From assembly GCA_965242965.1 (NCBI GenBank), contig OZ251518.1:1088001-1152000 (forward strand): a stretch of DNA of 64,000 nucleotides, in the 5' to 3' direction. The DNA comes from Candidatus Poribacteria bacterium. Lineage in GTDB: Bacteria > Poribacteria > WGA-4E > WGA-3G. Below the pieces are notes generated by a model. That model saw only the letters and a list, made by a program, of their open reading frames with translations. It had not been told where the DNA came from and did not search any database. The first letter of the stretch is position 1. Each line of letters starts with the position of its first letter. Shown piece after piece: positions 48,135-56,220 of this stretch. The translations under genes were made by a program, and so were the position numbers.

Positions 48135-48920
48135 TTAAAACCGCCTTTTCAGTTCACCCCAGCGCACCGGCAGTTTATCCAACGCTTCAACCGGAAAAAC
48201 CTTGTCCATCGCTTGGTTGACTTCGGCTTCCGTAAGCGCGACGTTCCAGATGGCGACATCGTCAATGATACCGACGTAGTGTTCGCGGTTACCCTCGCTA
48301 TTTCTGCCGATGGAGACAGGCACGTCGTTGGTATCAATCTTGCCTTTCGCGGCGGTTTCCACCTTCACTTCGCCATCGTAGTAGAGTTTCATCTGGTTTC
48401 CATCGTAGGTTGCGGCGAGGTGCGTCCACTTTTTCGCCGGCAGCTGCGGGCTCGGGCCGTTGCCGCACCGTTTCTCTGTCCCCTTGTCAACAGAGATGAT
48501 GAAACCAACTTTCCCGTTGGAACCGCCTTGCTGATAAAACCCGTATACCATCCATGGGGCGGTATCGCCAGCCCAGGTCTTGACAATCATGCGGAGCCAT
48601 TCGTTAGTGAACTGCGTCGGGTAGAACCAGCCCATCAACGTCACCTCATCCGTGATGTCAAGAGAGGGAGCATCGGGGACTTCTACCCAACCGCCGGCAT
48701 CGCCGCTCAGTTCAACAGCATTGCCGTATTTCCCCTTCGTCCACTTCGCTTTGTGAAGCGTGCCATCGTTTTCATGCCGAGACCGGTCCTTCGCCGTGTC
48801 GCCTTTGCCCTCATCAAAAGAGAGATACAGCACCAGCTCTGCCTCGCGGACAGCATCGCTCACCGTTCCGCTGAGAACGATGAAGCCGAGTAACATCAGC
48901 GTTATCGCGAAAACTTTCAT
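48135..48920 (-). CDS. Secreted LamG domain protein with KLxxxWGELK tail
   Basis: Signal peptide, LYLSFDEG, WTHLAATYDG, IDDVAIWNVALT, tail PVEALDKLPVRWGELKRRF. Confidence 0.85.
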   Translation of the reverse strand: MKVFAITLMLLGFIVLSGTVSDAVREAELVLYLSFDEGKGDTAKDRSRHENDGTLHKAKWTKGKYGNAVELSGDAGGWVEVPDAPSLDITDEVTLMGWFYPTQFTNEWLRMIVKTWAGDTAPWMVYGFYQQGGSNGKVGFIISVDKGTEKRCGNGPSPQLPAKKWTHLAATYDGNQMKLYYDGEVKVETAAKGKIDTNDVPVSIGRNSEGNREHYVGIIDDVAIWNVALTEAEVNQAMDKVFPVEALDKLPVRWGELKRRF

Positions 48921-49077
48921 CGAAATTCCCTCCATTACGTCTTAACGTCGCGCGATTGCGTTGAGTAATAGCAGCAATCGCACATGCCGTTTTGTTTTGA
49001 GATTTTTGGAAGAATACTGCAAGGTGCAATGTTTCTCATTTTACCATAAAAACATTTTGAGGTTAAGAATTATTTCA

Positions 49078-49300
49078 GGGTGTTTCATAAATTTATCCCT
49101 TGAGGGAGGCGCATCGGGCCCACCACTGTAGTTCGGGAGCGCCTGCTCCCGAACGGGTCAAGATCAGGCGATCTTGACCTACAGGCCTGGCGCGCGAGCG
49201 ATGGCGAGGGACAGGCCCTCGCCCTACGTGAAGGGGCGGCGTTTTTTTCACCGGCGCGCGGGGCCTGTCACCGCAACGTTGAGCGATTTATGAAACACCC
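49078..49300. mobile_element. MITE (223 bp) with perfect 15-bp TIRs and TCA direct repeats, carrying REP modules
   Basis: TCA|GGGTGTTTCATAAAT ... ATTTATGAAACACCC|TCA. Confidence 0.85.
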
Positions 49301-50299
49301 TCAATTATTTTTTCCCTTAATGAGTTTGCTTTTTTCCAGATAGAAATGCGTTGTCACAATCGCCCAAATCGGTGCCAAGAACGCCGAAATGAACAACTTT
49401 ATCACGAGCATTACCGCGACTATCCACAAACTGGGGGCATGCTCCAACGTGAGCCTTACGTAACCGCCGACGAAGAGCGTATAGAACTTTGACGACAGCA
49501 ATATCTCTCGCATCGGCGCGAATTCTGGCACGGCGATGGAAAACATTGACAACGTTAAACCGAATAGCACAGCGGTAAACACTATGCCTGCCGCTAACAA
49601 TCCCAAATAGACGACGGTAAACCTTCCCCACGCTTCTCCCACCAATTCGTAACTTCGGCGAAGCGCGGGAATAACCCGCAAGTCTTCAACGATGAGACAC
49701 TGGTTGTAGAGACTCCAATGCACCGTCCAATAGACAATAACAGCCACGACGGTGAACAAGATTACGGTAACATCACCCGATGGCGGAAATCCGAGATACG
49801 CCTTGTTTGACGTAAGGAGCGTCACGGCTACCCCGCCCGCGATGAATCCGGGGGCAACTAAGAAAAAGTAGGCACCTAAGACAGAACCGATTTTGCGTTT
49901 TGCCTGATGCCACACACCGCGCGCAGTGACGTTCTCACCACGCCGAAGTTGGACTATGGTGATGGCAAGAGGACACATTGCCAGCAGTATGAACGGATAG
50001 TTATATGCCGAACCCCCGAACCCCGCGCCCGACTTGACTCCTATTGATGTCGGACTCTCTTTTGTATCTATGCCGAGGATTGTGTCAAAAATCCATGAAA
50101 CTTCTGTGCGCGGCGGGAGATAGGGACTGAAAAGCCCAGCAAGTTCAGCGATGCCCAAGCAAATGATAACCGGAATCATCACGCGCCACAACAGCCCGAA
50201 ATGCGTCACATAGAACCGAAATGTCGTTGAAATCATCCCCGGATGCCGATGCATGCCAGAGGCTTCAGGCATGTTATTCAACTTAGTCAACAGACTCAC
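49301..50299 (-). CDS. Multi-pass membrane protein (GDPD-membrane-domain-like)
   Basis: Many TM helices; ALRRSYELV..WGR, PIWAIVTTHFYLE. Confidence 0.7.
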   Translation of the reverse strand: MSLLTKLNNMPEASGMHRHPGMISTTFRFYVTHFGLLWRVMIPVIICLGIAELAGLFSPYLPPRTEVSWIFDTILGIDTKESPTSIGVKSGAGFGGSAYNYPFILLAMCPLAITIVQLRRGENVTARGVWHQAKRKIGSVLGAYFFLVAPGFIAGGVAVTLLTSNKAYLGFPPSGDVTVILFTVVAVIVYWTVHWSLYNQCLIVEDLRVIPALRRSYELVGEAWGRFTVVYLGLLAAGIVFTAVLFGLTLSMFSIAVPEFAPMREILLSSKFYTLFVGGYVRLTLEHAPSLWIVAVMLVIKLFISAFLAPIWAIVTTHFYLEKSKLIKGKNN

Positions 50300-51197
50300 C
50301 TCCGTAGTGAATAATCATCATCTCCAGATCAAACGCTTCCTTCCGAATGCGCAGGTCGAAGTAGAGCAGCATACTACCGATAACCCAAATCGGTAGTGTG
50401 AACGTATCCGTTACGAAACTGATGAGTGCTCTAAGGGTTTCCGTGCGGAGGCGGAGGTCGTAATCAGAGAAAAATGCTCCCTGGAAACTCTGTTGGATCG
50501 TTTTCGGTAAATGTTCTACCTTAGTGAACGTTGTCAATTCAAGAACGATTACTAGAGAAGTCTCAAGAATAACATCAATTGTGGTACTGAGCAGCACAAT
50601 CGCGAACGCAATGCCGCAGACGCGCCACCACGTGCCTTGCACCAATTGTTTGCTCCGTTTCAATGCACGCCACACAGATTTCTCTTCGATTAAAATAGCG
50701 AAAGCCCAGAACATCCAAGAAATCGTGAAGTAGAGCGCGACTGGGAAAACACACAATAAAAAACTAATTATGGTGACACGGAAACCTCTGGCTTGTTCAT
50801 CAAGGAATAACATGAACAAGGCAATGATGCAAACAAACGATGTAAAAGCGAGGAACCCCCACAGAAAAGAGCATCCGAAATAAGAGCGAACCGCTTTTCT
50901 GACGTATCTCCATCCCGCTTGCGCCGTGGTGTGTTCGCCTAAATAGACTGTGCTGCTGGCAGCACCTAACGCGCCCCCAACCGCGGTGGTAATGACACAG
51001 GAGATGACAAGAGTTAGGAATAGCGAATCCGCAAAGAGAAATTCGTTCAATAAGGATAGCCCAAAATAGAACGCAATAATCCGCAAAAACAGCCGAAAAT
51101 GCTTCCGATAGAGGCTAAACGTCGTATCCAAAATCTCCGCAAATCCCATCGGGTGGAGGATGGACGGTTCGCGTTCGCGCGCTGCGAGTTCTAGCAT
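50283..51197 (-). CDS. Multi-pass membrane protein, paralog
   Basis: PMGFAEILDTTFSLYRKHF, ALKRSKQLVQGTWWR, LLYFDLRIRKEAFDLE. Confidence 0.75.
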   Translation of the reverse strand: MLELAAREREPSILHPMGFAEILDTTFSLYRKHFRLFLRIIAFYFGLSLLNEFLFADSLFLTLVISCVITTAVGGALGAASSTVYLGEHTTAQAGWRYVRKAVRSYFGCSFLWGFLAFTSFVCIIALFMLFLDEQARGFRVTIISFLLCVFPVALYFTISWMFWAFAILIEEKSVWRALKRSKQLVQGTWWRVCGIAFAIVLLSTTIDVILETSLVIVLELTTFTKVEHLPKTIQQSFQGAFFSDYDLRLRTETLRALISFVTDTFTLPIWVIGSMLLYFDLRIRKEAFDLEMMIIHYGGESVD

Positions 51198-52177
51198 GCT
51201 TCCTCCAGATAGAGGCGCGTCGTCACAATCGCCCAAATCGGGACGAGGAATGCAAAAATTAACCCTCTGACGAGGAGTATTGCCACCGTCGTCGGAACCG
51301 GTAAATTGGCTACACTCACCTCGACATTGGCACCGAGAAACAGCGTGAAGAAATTGAAGGGGAGCAACATCTCGCGGACAGCCGAAAGTTCAGGCACAGC
51401 GATGGAAAACAGCAGCAACGCGAGCCCGAGGAGAACGGAAATAAGCGTTGAGGTTACCCAGGAAGTCACGAGGTAGATGCGGAAAAATCGCCACCAATTC
51501 CTTTTTACCAACGCATAACTGCGCCGGAAAACTGATAGCACGGAGTGTTTCTCAAGCATGAGGCACGGATTATAGAGGCTGCAACACACGAGGACATAAC
51601 AGTGCACGATGGGGGTAACCATAAAAATCAGGTCAATAGGGACAGCTCGGAACATGTTGAGATAGGAGAAGAGATAGGAAAAGCCGACAGAAATCCCGTC
51701 TAAAATAAGCACCAAGACGAGGTTCGTTCCCAAAACCTTCCAAATGTTGCGTTGAGTGTGCCGCCAGGTCTCCCTCGCGGTTATTTTTCCCTTGGCTACC
51801 GCGAACGATAACGGACAAAGGACGAACAGGAGCAGATTGTAGTAGTAATAGCTGACATTTCGGAAATTCCGAAGGTCAAGGCTCCAAGTCCACGCACTTC
51901 CATCGTCTTTCGTTGAGGTGAAAGAGGGAAGGGGACTGAATATCCAAGCAGCCTCGGCCTCGCGTCGCGGAAAGTCCATGGTGCTGATGCCGCTTACTGT
52001 ATCAACGCGCCATGCAAATTCGCCGGTAGTGGTGAAAGACATCGCGCCCGGTAAAAACAGCGCAATGTCGACGCAGGGCGCGAGGAGAACGACAGGTAGC
52101 ATAATCCGCCACAACAGCCAGAATTGGCTGCGATATGTCAATACGACGGTTCTGGTAATTCCTGCTGACTTGTCCAT
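51191..52177 (-). CDS. Multi-pass membrane protein, paralog
   Basis: FRRSYALVKRNWWR, PIWAIVTTRLYLE. Confidence 0.7.
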   Translation of the reverse strand: MDKSAGITRTVVLTYRSQFWLLWRIMLPVVLLAPCVDIALFLPGAMSFTTTGEFAWRVDTVSGISTMDFPRREAEAAWIFSPLPSFTSTKDDGSAWTWSLDLRNFRNVSYYYYNLLLFVLCPLSFAVAKGKITARETWRHTQRNIWKVLGTNLVLVLILDGISVGFSYLFSYLNMFRAVPIDLIFMVTPIVHCYVLVCCSLYNPCLMLEKHSVLSVFRRSYALVKRNWWRFFRIYLVTSWVTSTLISVLLGLALLLFSIAVPELSAVREMLLPFNFFTLFLGANVEVSVANLPVPTTVAILLVRGLIFAFLVPIWAIVTTRLYLEEAC

Positions 52178-52214
52178 TTTTTCGCTCCGTTGAGACAGAT
52201 GCGGGAATCCGGTC

Positions 52215-52766
52215 TCATTCCGTTGCAGAAGCACTCGGTGCCTGATGCTGCTTGAGCGTCTCTAATTCCTGTAGGACAGCTGCAAGTTGCGCTTGAAGTG
52301 CTTCAATCAATTGTTGTTGCATTGCAATTTTCTCGTCTTGTTCGCGCTCCTTTTTCCGCTCGCGGAGCAATGGCAAACCGATGATGCCTGCCACCAACGC
52401 CACCATCAACCCGAAGTTAAAATTCAAGCGCAGGTTCACATCGCCAAAACGGTCCCTTATCCCTTGGGATTCAGTCTCTATCCGCTTATTCGTCTCGTCA
52501 ATGCGTAGAGTAACCTTTGCGCCTTCTTGCCCGACGAATTCCTTCGTGCGCGCCTCCGACTCCTTGATGTCTTGCTGCGTGCGCGCCTCCGATTCTTTGA
52601 TGTCTTGCTGCGTGCGCGCCTCCGATTCTTTGATGTCTTGCTGCGTGCGCGCCTCCGACTCCTTGAACATACGGGTAAGTTTCTCCCAATCCGCAACGCT
52701 CAAGTCCCCCAACGCTGAACTACTTATCAGCAAGAGGCCTACTAACAAAAGCGTCCAAAATTTCAT
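52215..52766 (-). CDS. Signal peptide-coiled coil-TM protein with 11-aa tandem repeats
   Basis: GGAGG RBS; ALG|DLSVADW; (KESEARTQQDI) x3.7; TM; RERKKERE. Confidence 0.75.
   Translation of the reverse strand: MKFWTLLLVGLLLISSSALGDLSVADWEKLTRMFKESEARTQQDIKESEARTQQDIKESEARTQQDIKESEARTKEFVGQEGAKVTLRIDETNKRIETESQGIRDRFGDVNLRLNFNFGLMVALVAGIIGLPLLRERKKEREQDEKIAMQQQLIEALQAQLAAVLQELETLKQHQAPSASATE
52545..52666. repeat. 33-bp coding tandem repeat (3.7 copies)
   Basis: CGTGCGCGCCTCCGA(C/T)TC(C/T)TTGATGTCTTGCTG units. Confidence 0.95.
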
Positions 52767-52854
52767 CTTTTTGCCTCCACATAAAATTTGATAATAGTAT
52801 ACCCGAATGTCAGATCCAATATCAAGTATTTTTCGTTGCGCCGCCAAAAATCGC

Positions 52855-52883
52855 TTGCCTTCCGCCGAGAGTTATGCTATACT
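52855..52883 (+). promoter_or_regulatory. sigma70 promoter, probably leaderless
   Basis: TTGCCT-17-TATACT with TG extension, ATG 6 nt downstream. Confidence 0.6.
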
Positions 52884-52889
52884 TTTCGC

Positions 52890-53867
52890 ATGTCCTTTTT
52901 GAAGAAGCACGTTCATCTCCCCATACTTTGGAAGCGCGCGAGGGATAACCTTGTCTATCAAATCGTCCGCGGCTTCGGATGGTGCTGCCGACATCTTCCA
53001 AAATCGTGGGCGATGCGCCTTGGCAGCGGCACAGGCAAACTGCTCTATCGTTTACTCAAAAAGCGACGGCAAATCGCTCTTAATAACTTGCAGATTGCGT
53101 TCGGCGATACGGCATGCACTGCACAGCCGCAAGAGATTTGCAAAGCGAGTTTTATCAACCTCGGCAAAACTTGCATCGAATTCCTACGGTTTCCGCTGTT
53201 TGACGCGGAGAATATCTGGCGCGAGGTTACCGTAGAAGGCGCGGCACATCTCCACACCGCTTTAGCACAAGGAAAAGGTGCCATCGTCTTTCTACCACAC
53301 TTCGGGAATTGGGAGCTCCTCTCGCTGGTTTACGGCGCGCTTATCCCGAATCAGGCGAAAGCCATCGCTTTTCCGTTGAAAAACGCGAAACTGAACGCCT
53401 ATATCTGGAAATATCGCCAACACCTCAGTTTGGAATTAATTCCACGGAAACGCGCCGTGCGCGAAACTTTGCAAGCACTGAAGAAGAATTATGCCATCGG
53501 GTTCTTCGCAGATCAGAACGCCGGACGCGAAGGCGTGTTTGTCGATTTTTTCGGAAAACCGGCTTCCGCTGTGCGGGGTCCTGTCGCGCTTGCGCTGAAG
53601 ACCGGGGCACCGCTCCTCTTCTCCCTCGCCATCCGTCAACCCGATGACAGGCACGATGTCCACATTTTACCGCCGATGCAACTGAAAACCTCCGACAATT
53701 TTGAACGTGACATTGCAGATTACACGGCACGCCTGCAGAAGCAGTTAGAGTGTTATATTCGCCACTACCCGGCGCAGTGGTTGTGGCTGCATAATCGGTG
53801 GAAGACGCAGCCGCCTCCCGGATGGCAGGCGCAGCGTGGCAGAAATGAAAATGAGGGTGTTTCATAA
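52890..53867 (+). CDS. lpxL: Lipid A late acyltransferase (LpxL/HtrB family)
   Basis: PHFGNWE, FFADQ, VFVDFFG, PAQWLWLHNRWK. Confidence 0.85.
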   Translation: MSFLKKHVHLPILWKRARDNLVYQIVRGFGWCCRHLPKSWAMRLGSGTGKLLYRLLKKRRQIALNNLQIAFGDTACTAQPQEICKASFINLGKTCIEFLRFPLFDAENIWREVTVEGAAHLHTALAQGKGAIVFLPHFGNWELLSLVYGALIPNQAKAIAFPLKNAKLNAYIWKYRQHLSLELIPRKRAVRETLQALKKNYAIGFFADQNAGREGVFVDFFGKPASAVRGPVALALKTGAPLLFSLAIRQPDDRHDVHILPPMQLKTSDNFERDIADYTARLQKQLECYIRHYPAQWLWLHNRWKTQPPPGWQAQRGRNENEGVS

Positions 53868-54375
53868 ATCCGTTGGCGCGCCCTCCCGGTCTCGATGCGA
53901 GCGATGTCCCGGTAGGAGAGCCCTCCTGGTCTCGACGCGAGCGATGTTCCCGTAGGAGAGACCTCCTGGTCTCGACGCGTTTTGTTGCTGTTTCTATCGG
54001 GACAAGGATGTCCCTCCTACCTGTCCCGATTTCTTCCGGTAGGAGAGACCTCCCGGTCTCGATGCAATAGGGCGGCGCGCAGCCCGAGGGCGCGCCGGCA
54101 GAAAGCCCCCCCTTCATCGTAGGGCGAGGGCCCTCGCATGCCACACGCGCATGCGAGAGGGTTCCCCTCGCCATGCGTTTGGCTAGCAGACCGCATCCCT
54201 CCTGTAGTTCAGGATCGCCTGATCCTGATCCGTTCGGGATCAGGCGATCCCGAACTACAGAGGTGGGCCCGATGCGCGGTATCCCCCTCGCTTTTCTAGA
54301 GGGTTCTCCTACCGGGGGATGCATCGAGACCGGGAGGTCTCTCCTACCCGGAAGCAATTGAGATATGAAATACCC
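53855..54375. mobile_element. TIR-bounded mosaic REP element (521 bp)
   Basis: GGGTGTTTCATAA ... TATGAAATACCC; internal GTAGGAGAGACC, GTAGGGCGAGGG and GTAGTTC modules. Confidence 0.75.
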
Positions 54376-54477
54376 TCAGAATGAAAATAGGACAGACGCA
54401 GTATAACCGCGATAGGCGCGGTTCCAAATCGCGCCTATCGGTAATGAGGGGTTTGAGGAACGTCGAAAAAAATTGTG

Positions 54478-54506
54478 TTGCATGAACGTGCAAATTATGT
54501 TAAAAT
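54478..54506 (+). promoter_or_regulatory. sigma70 promoter for ctpA
   Basis: TTGCAT-17-TAAAAT with TG extension. Confidence 0.55.
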
Positions 54507-54547
54507 AAAGATACGTTTGTAACTTCAAATGACAGAGAGGCAAAACC

Positions 54548-56119
54548 GTGAAAAGATACACATTATCGTTCATCGTCATCCTTGCCGCTATCGGCATCCC
54601 GTTTCTGATTATCCACTCCAGTGAAAAAGAGGCGATGAGTGGCGATGAACGCATCACCCGCGCGATGCTGAACCGCGCGCTCATGAACGCCGTCCGCATC
54701 GCGGAAAACAATTACTACGAACAGGTGGACAGCGACGAGATGTACCTCGGCGCGATTAAAGGCGCGCTCGCGGCCATCGGTGATCCGTATACTTACTACA
54801 TCTCCGAAGCAGAACATCAACGTTCCGTTGAGAATCTCTATCACGCGAGCTTCCCCGGAATCGGCATCAATATCTATCAAGATCATCGTGGGTTCATCCA
54901 GATTTCCAACCCGATACCCGGCACTCCCGCTGCATCACACGGGCTCCGCGCCGGTGATTACATCACTAAAGTCAATGGCACGCGCATCCATCTCTCCGAG
55001 AAAACGGGGATGACGATCACCGATGTCGTTGATATGCTGCGCGGACAACTTGGCACAGAGGTGACGATTACCGTGCAACGCGAATCCCTGAAACCCTTTG
55101 ATGTCACGCTCAAACGCGCTATAATTCGCATTCCCAGTGTCACGTCAACCATGCTAGAGGATTCTACCGGCTATATCCACATTAAGAAGTTCATCGGGAC
55201 AGACAGGAAATCGGGAACGGAAAAGGAATTTAACGATGCGCTTGCCGCGCACCAAGCCGCCGGCATGAAGGCACTCATTCTCGATTTGCGGGACAATCAG
55301 GGCGGCCTCCTCAACACCGCCTATCACATCGCCGATGCCTTCATTGACAAGGGCCTCATCGTCTCAACACGCAACGAACGTCGGCGTGAATTTAACGAGG
55401 AATACCCGGCAAGTCCAAACCTTTTATGCGATGCCGAGATTCCGCTGGTTATCCTCGTGAATGAATATAGTGCCAGTGCCTCCGAAATCGTCGCGGGCGC
55501 GGTGAAAGATACACGCCGCGGTATCCTCGTCGGACAGAAAACCTTTGGAAAAGGGATAGTCCAGAAACGCTATCCGCTGGGGCCCTCGGACACCATCGGG
55601 ACAATGTCCCTGACGATTTCCACCTACTACACCCCGAATGGCACCTCCATCCATAAAGAGGGAATTACGCCGCACGTCGCTGTGTCCCTTCAAAAATATG
55701 GGCGCATTGAACAGACGATGCAGCGGATGGCCGCCGAAAAAAACGCAGTGGAAGATTTCGTCATAAAATGGATTGCCGATGAGCGCGAGAGGACAGGCGA
55801 AACGCCGAAAGCGTTTGAGAAACTGGAAGCCGCGCTGCCGACATTACAGCAATCCCTGGCGGAAGACAGCATCCGCGTCGGAATGCGATGGTTAAAGTTG
55901 CGCGCCGAACAGGTGTTTAACAGCAAAGTCGGCATTGAACGCGTCGTCAATTTAGAATACGACACGCAACTGCAGGAAGCAATACGCATTCTCAAAGCAG
56001 GCGAGATTGACAAATACCTCAACCCGGCAATTGAAGAAGATATCGAAGAAGATGCCGAATCTCTCTCCGCCGTTGAGAATAAGAAGCCGCCCGAAAGCAA
56101 AGATGCCGCTGAGGAATAA
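54548..56119 (+). CDS. ctpA: C-terminal processing protease (S41A, PDZ)
   Basis: DPYTYY, GIGI, LDLRDNQGG, SASASEIVAG, KTFGKGIVQ, YYTPNG. Confidence 0.93.
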   Translation: MKRYTLSFIVILAAIGIPFLIIHSSEKEAMSGDERITRAMLNRALMNAVRIAENNYYEQVDSDEMYLGAIKGALAAIGDPYTYYISEAEHQRSVENLYHASFPGIGINIYQDHRGFIQISNPIPGTPAASHGLRAGDYITKVNGTRIHLSEKTGMTITDVVDMLRGQLGTEVTITVQRESLKPFDVTLKRAIIRIPSVTSTMLEDSTGYIHIKKFIGTDRKSGTEKEFNDALAAHQAAGMKALILDLRDNQGGLLNTAYHIADAFIDKGLIVSTRNERRREFNEEYPASPNLLCDAEIPLVILVNEYSASASEIVAGAVKDTRRGILVGQKTFGKGIVQKRYPLGPSDTIGTMSLTISTYYTPNGTSIHKEGITPHVAVSLQKYGRIEQTMQRMAAEKNAVEDFVIKWIADERERTGETPKAFEKLEAALPTLQQSLAEDSIRVGMRWLKLRAEQVFNSKVGIERVVNLEYDTQLQEAIRILKAGEIDKYLNPAIEEDIEEDAESLSAVENKKPPESKDAAEE

Positions 56120-56220
56120 TCTCCAATTCACCAAATATGTAAGGGCGGATGGCGTTAACTATCCGCCCAATACCTTATGCCACAGCTGTTCATGGACTGT
56201 AATCCCTCACCAGCGTCAAA

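Noticed and set aside
49041-49077. Fourth promoter-TIR junction (AAGAAT-TATTT-CAGGGTG)
   Set aside because: Spacing fits but the -10 and -35 are poor, so it was not counted.
53425-54357. 310-aa minus-strand ORF and other ORFs with VARGPVPR / RSAGACPPR / MARDRPSPY peptides
   Set aside because: Translations of GC-rich palindromic repeats or antisense shadows of real genes.
54548-56119. CtpA as the processing enzyme for the KLAxxW tail
   Set aside because: Ordinary widespread S41A protease with no linkage evidence.
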